DNA of 62,888 nt, counting the filler, from Collodictyon triciliatum (taxonomy: Eukaryota), in NCBI GenBank assembly GCA_043381765.1. It is 9 parts of 9 records of this genome, joined end to end, with 100 filler letters (N's around TTAATTAATTAA, not from the genome) between each part and the next. Parts side by side here need not be neighbours in the genome. Positions count along the whole stretch, not along the records: positions 21,475 to 28,525 come from JBHJMP010004086.1; positions 28,626 to 35,676 come from JBHJMP010004087.1; positions 35,777 to 42,822 come from JBHJMP010004088.1; 6 more parts are not named here. One strand, 5' to 3'. The translations under genes were made by a program, and so were the position numbers. Positions within the stretch are counted from its first letter, which is position 1. The number at the start of each line of letters is the position of its first letter. Positions 27,801 to 40,000 of this stretch are shown in pieces. Below the pieces are notes generated by a model that did no database searches, was not told the DNA's origin, and was given only the letters and a program-made list of their open reading frames with translations.

Positions 27801-28327
27801 CGTTTTGATGATCCGCGTTGGTAATGGAGATACTGATTGTGGTGGTGGTGTTCTTGGTGGGTTTGGTGATGCAGTTCCTGTCCTCGTTGTCGTTCTTGCT
27901 GATGCAAATACTGTATTCTTTGGTCTTCTTGCTGTTGGTCGTGTTGATGATGTTTTACACGGCGTGATGAAATACCACAGCCACCCCCGCGCAAAGTCCA
28001 CGAGGCATGAACTCGCGTGCATATGAAAACGGTTGTACTTATCTGCCTGGTCGTGACCGATATCGATGCATGGTCTTGCATCTGCGTGATCTGATAGAGA
28101 ATGTTCGTGATGGGTTCCGGTGCCGGTGACAACGATGGAGCTGGTATTGTTGAGCCCAATATTGAGATAAAGTTTGTATTTGACAATAAGGTAAGGAATT
28201 TATGTCCTTTGTAGAGCCAGCATATGACGGGATTTGGGTGCGTGCGCGTAACGGGCTCAAGGGTCAGCTCGATCTCGGACAAAGGGATCGACTGAATGGA
28301 TGCTGTGTTAGTCTGCAGCGCTTCCAT
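21809..28327 (-). CDS. 2172-aa intronless STAND (NACHT-like) NTPase with helical N-terminal region, pentapeptide repeats, about 14 WD40 repeats and a Sel1-like repeat
   Basis: Walker A GDEGAGKT, Walker B FIFILDSCDD, FIHQSLYDYY winged-helix motif, AASNAITILN, pentapeptides ANLSRGLFESVNFSGADLSGVDFSEAYLSN, 14 WD units (GHTNYVWSV through MHRGAVVSL), Sel1-like MYRDGLGVEANPVKAAAWKSKA and an acidic tail. Confidence 0.9.
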   Translation of the reverse strand: MEALQTNTASIQSIPLSEIELTLEPVTRTHPNPVICWLYKGHKFLTLLSNTNFISILGSTIPAPSLSPAPEPITNILYQITQMQDHASISVTTRQISTTVFICTRVHASWTLRGGGCGISSRRVKHHQHDQQQEDQRIQYLHQQERQRGQELHHQTHQEHHHHNQYLHYQRGSSKRLFAQNPDPRPESYTSKIANLRDLATFLRLRKTDPLWAENHARAIRAIRIFTARFHKNELDYAEIAALSTADSPEIIHDLLTALLDELHQSNHTNYGHTHGLGTNAPSSNVVSMALLQCIRNVLLNSQIGHLPADAIDRLCRYLMHHHDLLYNPDLLESPTFVMVYTTLLEAVHLSMQTSFSKKLIPQELLRRLNDMTQSSTFITHQCYATLGLEVVHRLPWKEMKIAPTIKQNQHVSLRLAFSGDSQVRREAISLAKTFEGLEKMARATPLVHAWYENLKILSIYLVNNLFCEAEDYLLKLEHDRRSIYFCYHLSNLLHDRAVSHYIPEIQSACIKLVATMYIERQHWCPDQRFHAHVLKILVDLATNSSDVIRNTSIACLSQIHSVTHHDTHADKLVKKYIPDGPASLSTKMPGTFDEKFPSSIFEESGRKERNVHDILEDTKREVLMSDALSKRLLMYIPSKLSRMKERSIIHESDRLIADFLAGPKRLLFIFGDEGAGKTTLGIYTVKKMWGRWTKGEPIPFYISLTNQKRLDSAMIDEALKSAWKNGVKSNKRTLGFSELQIDEFRRNKQPFIFILDSCDDVFQDREHISISKCISQWNCKVIVFCRTASPIRENMTHTYSFYDLDYGPEREFIEDVFLLPFNERQRMQFIREFLKVFPKSTLVVEKFEELLSHIPEIKDNMGNPWTLFLVASTFPTIYPKYIESLSGNSKNTKLSRMDLYREFLINWTELQSQYALQDSTPHHQIAPSLVPHIETKQTQSHMPHENKPDVGSSSQFIAPPSQTSCENIHKEMTCFCIQLAGVLYLRKIFSLIPANVNTVNPSISITFSSSTNSSSKTKSTSSVSNSLSVSNTNSVLPLSPISPTIIALAENGNPLSRHAPNEPNPYDADFERLMGNSSPLLTQIRQSAPIIMTSEANCEFIHQSLYDYYLSEYIYGKFMRLIPKETVYDAIKPTTSSKTIEEPWQYLNLILDLNVITHLSRKASKQKGMQKELFNVIRLSKEDFRKSLAASNAITILNFAHVSFTVMDMSGIRIPKANLSRGLFESVNFSGADLSGVDFSEAYLSNTIFDQAILSGAQFGVMPILYGHTNYVWSVCQVTNVSQKPMVASGSWDKTARVWDLETGRAIFTFEGHTDWINSVCFVEGHEGGHILATGGKDEVINLWGLDSGVLLKRFDNLGSSVNVVCAVRGPIGEKWIASGHHDCSVRIRDITSGTEIRRFYGHMQPVYCLCAIRGPAREKWIASGSLDATIRIWDLSKGKEVRQLIGHDRAIFCLCRVEGPGGEEWIASSGEDKNIWIWDAHRGLGVRVLKGHTESVNALCCVDSASGLRLLVSCSEDYSIRIWDISTGTELAQLNGHSQTVLSVCTVPKLPKGVWIASASWDKTVRLWNIDPYAGIGKPNLLGHQGYVNAVCAVDGVGKEVWIASASGDRTVRVWDAHSSREIARFEGFAGPIFCMCPVQGKERVKRLACAGCDEIITLLDPCTQQETVQLEGHVDNVNCLCTYMDANGKTWLASGGEDRTARVWDMESCRQVYAFGNNREPVVCIATVENATGSRWVAFNGDGHSVVVWDFLADRVVSMWKGHKDVVSSLCFIKCDHGNHLLISASHDTTICVWSVESGALVQQMRGHKDWVRCLCEVDGAFGRKWVASGSYDRTIRVWDVETGVQVMQFDMHRGAVVSLCMSSGPHGEKRLVSCGLDRTIRIWDISSHGTGELWKSVANEVRMPGLLGPSNFAEVLTSTPALNGLKARIAGGESFPSAASGTYTGGLIRMFGERQLECRGLNATKAKLVAPRDRMALMQRGALSVDQEFLDFCESQPCSRAQMLLVSRMYRDGLGVEANPVKAAAWKSKADVAREEDSRETDYESRDSDMNNHDDINDDDDDDDDDDDDGDGDGDGDGDGDHNEEDYRQQQSLSHESRGRSGSQPSAGSEAKPASGRSSEMRPEGAMKQTKAASVHASELRGTGCVLAQANAGPAASNRVMDSDEGAY

Positions 28328-28625
28328 GAGTCGTATTCGCGGCTTTTGCCTGTTGTTTGTATATTAGTTGTGAGTATCAGTCATTCCGTTATTCTTTTCT
28401 TTTTTCTTTTGGATTCGGTTTTTTGCTTTTTGTTTTTTTGTTTTTGTTTTTGTTTTTGTTTTTGTTTTTGTTTTTGTTTTTGTTTTTGTTTTTGTTTTTG
28501 TTTTTGTTTTTGTTTTTGTTTTTGTNNNNNNNNNNNNNNNNNNNNNNNNNNNNNNNNNNNNNNNNNNNNTTAATTAATTAANNNNNNNNNNNNNNNNNNN
28601 NNNNNNNNNNNNNNNNNNNNNNNNN

Positions 28626-31533
28626 AAATCGTCTGTATCTACTCGGTATATTCAATAGGTATTCAGAAGATTACCATGCAGCGAGACCCTATCACGAATG
28701 AGCCGATCTCATCAAGTGGAGACGAGACCCTTGCCCGAATGGTTGCCTATGTTGACGGAGAGGATGACACGGATATTGGTGAAGATATTCTTGGATAACA
28801 CATATCCTATGGAAATACTTAATTACATACTGTGTCTATTTGTCTTCCTTCTTTTGATATTTATTTATACTGAAATTCTTGACTGCTTAGTTGTCAGCCG
28901 CTTCCTGTCTGAGGAGCACGCCACCAAAGGATGGCTATCACGAATAATAGCCGGAACCTCATACAAGGAAGATGATATTTGCGAACAATCTGAATTCGTG
29001 CAATATATGGACAGAGAGGTCTTTGGATATTTCTTCTTCTTCGCACTTTCTGAAATAGGAAATATAGTACGAACTTAATAATAACATTTCTGCTTGATAT
29101 AGACCGGCGAAGTCAAACAGGAACTAATACCAACATATATCAAGTTATCTATGCGAATTATGTATTCATCTTTACTTGGGAAATTAAGTAAACTCCTTTT
29201 TCGATTTTCACTTTTTGAAAATTGGATTGAATCAGTGAGGGATAGCATTTTTTTAAAACTTGGTTTTTCTATTACAAGGAACTGACGCCAAGAGAGTAAG
29301 GAAGCTACTGAAGCATATGACTGTCAATCTTGGGAGAAAATACAACAGCCCCCGAAGTAAAAGGTAAATCAAATTGAGACCTTATTTAATACTTTATTAT
29401 TTCCTGAAGAGTTGAAAATGGATTTAAGCACCGTCCTTTTACTCTTTGCGCATTAATAATGACTAAAGAAATCATCTCAACCAAATCTATAGGCAAATAC
29501 CTAATTTTATACGGTACCACAAGCTCAATGTCGACGAGATACTGGAGCCGATAGACAGTTTCCAGGTGAGATTCATCAAGATTGAAAGCTAGAGTTTACA
29601 TGTCGCACTGCTATTCTATTTGCTACAATCACCTTTGTTCACAAACTAGTACACTAACGATATTTCTGTGATAATATTCTGTAAATAATTTTAAATGCAA
29701 TATCACATTTCGATTATTAGAATTTCAACGAGTTCTTTTATCGAAAGTTGAAGCCGGATGCACGCCCGATCTTTGAAAGAGATAACGAAGTGAGAGCGAA
29801 AGTTTTTTTTTAAATTTCACAAAATTGAAGAAAAATGATAGCAATTTAGATAATCTATAACTAAAAAGACATTGTGAATCAGAATCGAATAGTATCTCCA
29901 GCTGATTGTCGGTGCCTTGTTTATTCCTCTGTTAGTAATGCCACCAAGTACGTGCAAGATAAAACGGGCAAAAAAGAAAAAAAAAAGAAAAAAAAAGAAA
30001 TACTCGATCTGTTCATGCTCTCTTGGTACTTTTTAAGACACAAATATAATTTAAAGGTTCTGGATAAAAGGGAAGACATTTTCTCTACAAACCTTATTGA
30101 ATGATGCTACTGTGGTAATTTTTGTATTATTGCAAAGGCATTAGCCTTTGGCCCGAAAAAAAAAAAAGAAGCTCTTTACAATCACTAATGATTCACCACG
30201 AACTTAATTTAACTCTTTCTACTATCCCTTTCTTGAAATAAATTATGTAGGCCACTGTTTTCGACGAAGGAAGTGTAATCATATCGCGCCTGGCCCCACA
30301 AGACTACCATAGATTTCACTCACCTGTTGATTGTACTGTGTCGGATATTATAACTGTCGATGGGGCATATTATACCGTAATAACCAAAAAAATTATCGCC
30401 ATGTGTACATTTCCATAATCCTATCTCATGAAACGATGAGTAATCGGTCTCTAGCTATATGGTCTCCTGAAAATCTTCTTCTCCCGTATTACTTTGAGAA
30501 GGATGGGAACGCAAAGAAACACACACCGATGACAGTATTTTTGTAGGTGAATCCTATTGCCGTTCGGCAGAAATTTGATGTTTTCACCACAAATAAAAGA
30601 TCAATTGCGTTGATGGACAGTTCTGTCTTTGGTAAAGTGGCGTACGTTATGATAGGTATTAGCTACATCCATATTCATTTGATCTTCGTAAATGAATCTA
30701 AAGCAAGTACATTCAGTATAAACGCTGGAATTGTTTCGTTTAAGGTAATTATTTTTCATAAATATTTCTTCTTTTTTGATTCATATAGGCGCAACGATGG
30801 TGGGTTCCATTTTTCCAACGGTAATGGTTGGACAGCAAATTAAAAAGTAATTCCTTGTGTGAGACACAAATCATCTTATTTTGCAATAAATGTTACCATT
30901 TATTGTCTCGTGGTGTATTTTAATTCTTTTCTTTATTTTCTTCTTCATTATATGCAGAGGGGATGAAGTGGGGTATTTTGCTTTTGGAGGGTCCACCATA
31001 GTAACTATTTTCGAGAAAGGAAGAGTAATGTTCGACCAGGATTTGATAGACAACAGTCAGAAGGTGATATTTTCATTCCTTGCTAATTTTTGTATTTGTT
31101 TTCCTTGTTTGCTCTATCGCTGTGTCTTATTGTTTCGTATCATTATCATTTTACCGGAAACATCATATCTTCTGAGTCGTCTTTCCTCATATAAATGGAA
31201 TGTACTATCCATTAGTTTTTTTTATTTTATTTTGTGGTGTTGTTCATAAATTTATTAACCGGAATCATGATATCATGATGCATATGTCAATATTATATCT
31301 CGCAACCTTGTGTGAAATACAAACGAATTATTGGCATATTTTTCCCCTTGCAAAATCTTAAAAACAAAACAAAACAAAACAAAACAAAACAAAACAAAAC
31401 AAAACAAAACAAAACAAAACAAAACAAAACAAAACAAAATGAAACAAAACAAAACAATAATTTGATCTTTCTGCAGCCTCTGGAAACCAAAATCAAAATG
31501 GGAGATTCGCTTGGTATTTGCTCGCCAACCTAG
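28626..31533 (+). CDS. PSD2: Phosphatidylserine decarboxylase, PSD2 type, multi-exon, 5' truncated
   Basis: Exons encode [55 protein letters not shown] and [15 protein letters not shown] (GGST autocleavage motif), ending KMGDSLG. Confidence 0.95.
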
Positions 31534-32913
31534 CACGTACAAGCCATCGAAATCATATTTAACAGCATGAATCTGTTCTTTCAGATGATATGCTGCTATT
31601 TAGTTTCCATTATCATATCTCAGTCCCTTTTCCTTTTCCTTTTCCTTTTCTTTCTTTTTAATTCCCGGTACGATTATCGCTTTGGAGTGAAATGAAGCAT
31701 TTTGGATGCACGTTGCATGGATATATTGTGGTAAACTTTCGCTAATCTCGCAAGTCTGGTCGCCAATAATCCATTAATTCATATATACCTTGGAAAGTTC
31801 ATGTGCGAATAAAATGAGAAACGCACCATTTTAAAAATGTTTTAAGCATGAATTATTATATAGGCGAGATGCCCCCGTCACCACAGCCCTGGTTAAATAT
31901 TCCATAAATGAATGTATTTGAAAATCAACTAATGTTCATTGATGTCTTTATAAAGGAAAATATACTTTGGTTTGTGGAAAAGGCGAATTCGAATGTAGCA
32001 AATATTGCCCAAGAAGGAATCACCGTTACATATCTATAATAGGCATGAAGAAGCAAAATTATTCACCACCCTTTCCCTTTCGCACCGATTATTCTTTGCC
32101 ATACCAATCACGGCACTTATTCGCCCTATCACACCAGAAATCCAACGAACATCTGCCGAATGGAAAACACGCCACTTTCGCCCTCAAAAGAAAGGGACAT
32201 TGCAAGGAAAATCCTACCGAGCCATGACGGCTTGAATCGGCAACTTTGGCCACTGTCACCCTTTCGATTCAAAAAAAGAAAAGAACGAAAATGAAAAAAG
32301 AAAGAAAAAGAAAAAAAGAAAAGAACGAAAATGAAAAAAGAAAAAGAAAGAAGAAATAGAAAAGAGAAGAAAGAAAGAAAAGAGAAGAAAGAGAAGAAAG
32401 AAAAGAAAGAAAAGAAAGAAAAGAAAGAAAAGAAAGAAAAGAAAGAAAAGAAAGAAAAGAAAGAAAAGAAAATGACAGAAAAGAAAAAAGAAAATGAAAA
32501 GAAAAGAAAAGAAAAAGAAAGATGAAAAAGATGAAAAATGAAAATTGAAAAAGAAATAGAAAAGAAAAGAAAAGAAAAAGAAAGATGAAAAAGAAATAGA
32601 AAAGAAAATGACAGAAAGGAAAAAACAAAATGAAAGATGAAAAAGAAGGGGAAAAGATGAAAAAAAAAAAAGAAGCGTCCAATACGACCAGCTTGATGTT
32701 TTATCTACTGAGGTGCTATTTATCATCATCCACAGAGCCAACTTCATTATCATTTATAGATAGCTTCAAGTCGATCGTCATCCTTTCGCAAGACTGAACC
32801 AGAACCCGCACAAGAAAGCAGCACAGACACACAAACTCACAAAACACACATCCCCACCTTTTCCAACATTGCCCACACCGCCGGGCTCTTCAAAGCACAC
32901 AAAGACAGCAGCG

Positions 32914-35480
32914 ATGCAGACACATCATCCTCTGCCCGCCCACTCATCAGCAGCACACACGACCTCTCTTGTGGAGGAAGCCTCGCTCAACCCACCATCC
33001 ATCTCCGCAACCCAGACAGCGGCCAAAAACGAGCGACAATCACATCAATCACAACCACAATCACATCAATCACAACCACAATCACAACAATCACAACCAC
33101 AATCACATCAATCACATCAATCACCATCACCATCACCACCACCACCACTGGGACCACAATCAGACTCTGCCTTCCCCAGACGCGCATCACTCGCATCTGC
33201 TGTGTATCCGCCCAATCCCACCCGCAGCCGCATCGCCACTCGCCGCGGCTCAACCCTGCCGCACACGGGAGGCGGCCGACTCAGTGTGACGAGTCTTGGC
33301 CTGGGCCACACATTTGCCGGCGACCGTCGCTTTTCAACCGTGTCCACAAGCGGCTTCACAGACGTAGAATCACGCATCAACACCAATACCAACACCAATA
33401 TCAATATCAACACCAATATCAGCGGAGCCAATCCACAAACCGCCTCCTCACAGGCGCACTTCATCCCATCTTTGCAACCCATCGGCTCGTCCGCTGCCCG
33501 CTTTCTCGAGTCTGCTGCAACCCGAGTCGGACATCGCCTGCTGCAACACGCATCCAAGGCAGATGCGAATGGAGACATTATCATCACAGACGCAAATGCA
33601 GATGCTGATTCACCTGCCGAAGGCGAGCGCGTGCAAAGAGTCGGGGCGGCTTTTTTGGCGACTCTGGTGTTTGCGGGGATTTACGTGGCGCATGCTGGTG
33701 TATTGTGTGTGGGCGGTGCATGGCAGGCGGCGTTGTTGTGGGCCGCGGCCGGGCTTCTGCTGCTGCTTGCGGCGGCGCTTGTTGTGGGTGGCAAAGGTTG
33801 CTCGGCGCTTTTTCTCGGAGTCGTGCATCTGGCCTGTGCAGTCCCGCTTGTGTGCGCGGTGGTCTCTTGTGCAGCCGGCTTTGCGCTCTGGGTTCTGCCT
33901 CCTGTGCTCTTTGCGACCGCCTTTTCGGACGGGTTTGGCTTGAAGTTATGCATGATGATTATGCGTGATGAATGTTTGTTTGTTTGTTTGTTTGTTTGTT
34001 TGTTTGTTTGTTTGTTTGTTTGTTTGTTCGTTTGTGACTTTATCTAGCTTTGTTCTCAAGATGGTTTGGTCGATATGTTTCATGCTTTTATATATAATTG
34101 CATCAATTCTTTGATTTCCTTATTTACATATTTATTCTTGTGATGGGCATAGGTATGGAGAGTGGATAGCTCTTTTCCACCTCGTGGTTTTGGCAGCGAT
34201 GTTTCCTTTGTCGATGGTAGAGGCTATTCCAAAGTATCCATTGGAGTCTGATTTGGGTGTGAAAGAGCGTGATGCCTTGATTATTTACACAATGGTGGTT
34301 CTGGTGGCGATGACTGGGTTTTTGTTGAGATTTAAACATCATCAGGTTTAGTCTGTTTTCTTTTTTCCCCTTTTTTCCCTTTTTTCTCCCTTTTTTTCCC
34401 CTTTTTTCCCCTTTTTTCCCCCTTTTTTCCCCTTTTCCCCCTTTTTTGCCTTTTTGTCCACCTGCCGTTAACCTGTGAAAATGTTACGTAATAGAGAATT
34501 GTAAGAGATAATTTGTAGTTTTTGAGAAATGATTGATAGGTATTTGCTATCTTAGTAAAATTCGATTTTCTTTCTCTTATTACGACGGAATATTATTTTC
34601 TGACCTTTGCAAAATATCTCTAGTATTGCAATCTCAAGCATGACTTTGAAAAGGCCAATTTCCATCTCAAGATTCAAAACAGGCAAATATTATTCTAAAA
34701 TATTACATCATTTATACTAAAACATTCTAGAAGGAAGATTCTCATGTACGCTGGTGCTAGTTAAAAATATTTCATCTTTATTACTATGACATAAATCCAG
34801 GAATTTACAATCAGAACTAAGAGAATTGAGAAACCATCAAACAGAAGAGGTCATATAAGATTTTCGTGCACACCTTTTCTGTTGGATTAAATGCCTGCAA
34901 TTGTTACTGAACCCTCAATCGTCTTTGGTGTAATCCCTTTCTTCCTTCTTTTTTTTTTTTATATAAAAAAAATGTTCACATATAGGTTATTGGGACCCCC
35001 GCAGAAAAAGGGATTCACATACTGAGAAATCTATTGAGCGATTGCAAATGTAAACATCAGCCCAAAAACAACCCATAAATTTATGTGTTTTTATTCCTTT
35101 ATCCCAGATATAGCTTCATAAAAAATGATTGGCAACGAAATATGAAATACCAATATTCTAAACGGTAATAATTATTTTATTTTTTTTAGCTATTACAGAA
35201 ACCCAAAGAGCGGATATAAATCTTGTAATTCGTATGATTGGAAGCAACAAGCTGTATCAGTCGAGTGTATCTTACATCAACATCAAACCCACCGATGGTA
35301 ACTCTATAACACACCAAAATTTATCCTTTCTTTAAGACATTTCTCATCTATTTCTCATCTATGTCAATGATCTATGCCATCCATAGCTGTGGACACAGAG
35401 ACGCAAAAGTGGGTTTTAGACCAACTTGTGCAAAAGACAAATGACGAAGAAGAGGAAGAGGCAATTAGTATGCTGAGTAA
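32914..35480 (+). CDS. Multi-pass membrane protein with long low-complexity N-terminus, multi-exon, 3' truncated
   Basis: GC-rich first exon with Q/S/H/P repeats followed by several hydrophobic helices (FLATLVFAGIYVAHAGVLCV; ALLWAAAGLLLLLAAALVV), then small downstream exons. No family recognised. Confidence 0.5.
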
Positions 35481-35587
35481 CTAAAAGCTCTAACAAAAAG
35501 AAGCAAATTAATGAATCTATTTACAAATCGATGTCCTCTCGACAAACTATTGAGAAGGAATAAAAAAAATATTTAAAAATCATTAAA

Positions 35588-35676
<89 letters not shown>

Positions 35677-35776
35677 NNNNNNNNNNNNNNNNNNNNNNNN
35701 NNNNNNNNNNNNNNNNNNNNTTAATTAATTAANNNNNNNNNNNNNNNNNNNNNNNNNNNNNNNNNNNNNNNNNNNN

Positions 35777-35851
<75 letters not shown>

Positions 35852-36058
35852 TGGTAATTTCAAGGGCTTGATATTCTTTTTCGTTAAAATATAATACAAT
35901 ACTTTATATTAATTTCGATATGCACAAAGACATATCCACCATTCACAACCCACGATTCGCAATCCATAAATTGAATCCATACAAAAAGAGTCATGTTTTC
36001 TTCATACTTTAATTTTGGATGATTTCGGTCTTCACTCATACACTCGAATTACATATAG

Positions 36059-36535
36059 CAGTGGATTTCATTTTAAAACAAACACATCTGGATTGGAACA
36101 TAGATGTACTCGTTGAAGCGAGAGCTGATGACACTGCGACGGAGCATCTGGCCTATGCGCGAGTTGGTGGCCCAAATCATCGGAGATGAAATGCCCGGGG
36201 ACATGGTCAACACAGATAGCAAAATGTTCTTCAAAGACATATGCGATGAGCTCAACCAGATTAGCGACATGGTTGAGGGCCAGGTCGAAATCGCCGTCGG
36301 ATTCAGCACCATGTATACAGAGGCACAGCAGCACAGGGTTCAGCAGGCCATGTATGTGCTCACAATCACGTCTGTGATATTCATCCCGCTGACCTTCTTT
36401 GCTGCAATCTACGGGATGAACTTCGAGGATCTTCCGGAGCTCCGCTGGAAGTTTGGGTATCTATACTTTTGGAGTGTCATCATTGGACTGACGTGTGGCC
36501 TCCTTTATATCTTCCGCCGCAAGAAGTTTATATGA
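36059..36535 (+). CDS. CorA-family Mg2+/divalent cation transporter, last exon
   Basis: LKRELMTLRRSIWPMRE...FFKDICDEL...MYVLTITSVIFIPLTFFAAIYGMNFEDLPELRWKFGY: YGMNF signature plus two transmembrane helices. Confidence 0.92.
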
Positions 36536-37083
36536 CCTCCACGATTGTGTGATGGGCAGGCTTCAAAGAGCTTTTGCCTGTATTTCTTAATCTCTCATTT
36601 CCCCTGTTTCTTACTTTATCTCTCATGTTGTTTTTCGTTCTCCTCTTTGAATGTCGCAGCACCCAATGTGCATATATGAAAAGAAGATAACATTTGAGTG
36701 GCATGAGACTATCTGCTTTCTGCTCTGTTATGTATGATGAAAATCAGGCAACATGAGATTGTGATATTCATGCGCAACGAAGGCCTTTTTTTAGCTAGAT
36801 TTGGTTGATTCATTTATAGACTTGCAACCCATCCAAGACGATTAGAATGTGGATAAAGGCGATGCATTTTCTTCCATTTCGTTACCCTTTGCAAGGGCGA
36901 GTGAGTATGTTTTGTCTAGACGATGCTGATTGGGGGCTTTGGGGTTCTCCTTCGGTTGAGCATCAATCTGAATATGAAGACACAGACCAAGAAGCAGACA
37001 ATCTTCACGGTGATGCCTTGGCTGTATACTAGGATGAATTGATGGAGATATTCACTCAAAAGAAAACCAAACAAGACATCTCT

Positions 37084-40000
37084 TTATGGCATCAAGTCAA
37101 CGTATAGACATCTCCGGCATCGCTTACGGATTGAGTACGGGTTTCCTTTGATGACCGATAACTCCCCCTCTGCTTCTGACCTTATACTCAACAAATCGCG
37201 TTCGTATAGCGAGTTTATTGAATCCTGTATGTAATATTTATCAATGTAATTACTTTGATATTTATGATTATGTTACAAAAAATTAATTCAGGCGAAATAA
37301 AGTAAATTTATAGAAATGATTCTATTACCTTGAATTCGAGTCCTAGAGATATACTGCCTGCGTTTGTTTTCAGTTGTCAAATGATTTATTTCGATCGATT
37401 ATAGTGATAATATGTGTGAAAGCATTCGCACGTATTCAGAAAGAATTGTAGGTTTGTGGGGGAGGAGAGAGAGAAATGCATTTGCACCTTTTGGACACAT
37501 TCCCCTGAGAGAATGATGGTTTGAAGTATTCCCAACATCATAATCAGAAGCAAAGGAATACCGGCTGTGTTGGGGATGCTAATTCAAGGAAAATCAGATT
37601 AATATTATGATTCAGATTGTTTTGGAATGCTTCGCTCGAATATGCGATAAACAAAAATAACACATACAACTGTTTTGTAATGAATGTTACATTTAAATTT
37701 GATGGAACTTTATCATTACCAAATACTCTACTTGAAGGCGGTATTGAGAGGAGCGAAAAGGAGGGTCAAGCAAACCTCTACTACTCCATCTATGTTCAAA
37801 TGTATATCAACCAAATTCAGGAAATCAAGAGTTAGCTTGTTCTTAAAATAAAAATTAAAATACAAATATAGGAAACATGATACAATATAAAATATTAAAC
37901 CTTAATAGCAAATAGAATATAAACTAATAAATGATAATATAATGGTGGATGACACCAGGGGGTTTTTTTTTTATTGTCTCCAATTACGTTGGTACACGTA
38001 TCAGTTTATGTCGATTAAAATATTGATAAGGTGTAAATTCCATTAGAGATTACACAATACCTTAGAAACGACTTCAACATCCAAAAACAATCATCACGTG
38101 GGTCGACGCTGTCGATGCAACTAGAGTCTCCAAACAGAGAAATGCGACCCTCAATCGAATCCAAAGGATGGGTCATGTTTGGACTGTATCTGTTTGCAAC
38201 AATATGTTTAGGAATACCAATAAACCGACAAAAGGAAAACAGGAATACATAAACTGAGACAATTTCAGATGCATAAACGACCTTCTATTTTTTTCAACAT
38301 GGCTGAATTATATATGCTACTGATATTAGGGAGAATCATGATATCTTACAATCCAATAATACCAGCGTCTGAAAATATTGGGTTTGTCTTGTGTATGATC
38401 TGTTTTGCATAAGTAAATTAAGGGTCTAAATGAGACAAAGACTATATAAACGATATGTAAATAATATCTTTGTTATCACGATACACTATTTTTGTTAATT
38501 TTTTTTTGTGACTGACTGTGTCCGCTTGGATAAAGTTCTGAATAAAGACATGCATATATGTTTGTGATATTACTATAATAAATCCACTTACGTGTTCACC
38601 TTCATCCAACAGTGATGATTTTACCAAGATTCCTCCCCGAGGAAATCGAATAATTGGAGATCCAGAATCAAACTGAGCATGCAGAGGATTTTCGTAGATA
38701 CATGTACATATTAAATCAGTAGTCATCGTTTTTAAATTCTTCAATATCCATTTCACCGGCAAATAGACTCAGGTGCTGGTCTTTATTAATAATCATACCG
38801 GGACTTTATAGTTTGATATTCCAATATCCCCTGTTAGCACAGCACTTCCGAATTCCATGTCAAATCTAAAGAATCAATCATAAATCGATGAAAACATATT
38901 TGATTTCACCTGGACAATAATGTCAAAATTTTGAACTAATTAAACGTATACATGAAATATTAACATTTAAGAAAAGTAAATTTTAATGTAGAAAAAAAAA
39001 AAACCTCTTTAGAATCTTATTCAAAGATGGAATGTTGGCTCCACTGGAAAACATGATTATAATAAAAATTATGGTTTTTTCAAAAAAAAAAAAAAAAAAG
39101 AGATGAATTAATTAATCAAAGTATGTTCAAACCCAACGACAGGCGTCCACCATTTTCGGGTATTCTCATCAAAGAAAACAATTTTTTTCATTACTTCAGT
39201 ATTAAACCACTCGGCAAATACTACAATCGATAGACCATATAATCGAATATCCTTTTTTTTTTTTTAAAAAAAAAAATTAGAATTAAATAATATAACACCT
39301 AAAGGACAATACAAGCATCGAGGTTGGAGGGGGGTTTAAAAAACTATTAAATAAAGATATATTTTCACGAACGTAATATATGGGTTTTCCCCCCTTTATT
39401 CGATTCAAAGTACGAATATGACATTAAGTTGATGGCTTTACTTTGACAACTTGGTTTCACTAACCTTTTCTAGCTTGTCGATTTCACTATCTCTGAAATT
39501 ATCTTCTGGGTCAACGATGAGTAATGTTCCATACTAAATATAAAAATTAAGTTCATGTAGGCAAATTTGAACAAAAGTTTCGACCCGATCCGCATTGATT
39601 ATGCACACTAGGATGGTCTCATGCGATAAAAGTGCGATGATGACTGCATTTCGAAATATAAATTGCGAGGTGATTTTCGATTTGACTTTGTACCAGTTTG
39701 GCATCAAAACATGTATATGGCCCTCCTAAAACCTCGATATAATAACCCTCTTTTCTCATGAATTGATATGCAGAACGGAAATTAGTGTGAATATGGTCTC
39801 CACGCCAATCGAGCGGGTCGTTCTGCAATACGAAATCCAAATCGTCTTTGAAAAACTCAAGGGAAGAATGAATTTAAGAGCTATTTATCAATCTTAACCA
39901 TATTGATTACCTTTAAACGAAGAGTATCTCGGGGGAAAAATGCAGGTGGGTATTTGATATTATGAAACTGATCCCATAGAATCCGCCTTGAGCGGGATGG

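Noticed and set aside
21695-28260. Many overlapping plus-strand and alternate-frame ORFs within the NACHT-WD40 gene
   Set aside because: They are shadow ORFs of a long, moderately GC-rich coding sequence with no recognisable motifs.
32914-36535. One CorA gene with a long N-terminal membrane extension
   Set aside because: An artificial spacer at 35677-35776 separates the two parts, and other spacers clearly join unrelated contigs.
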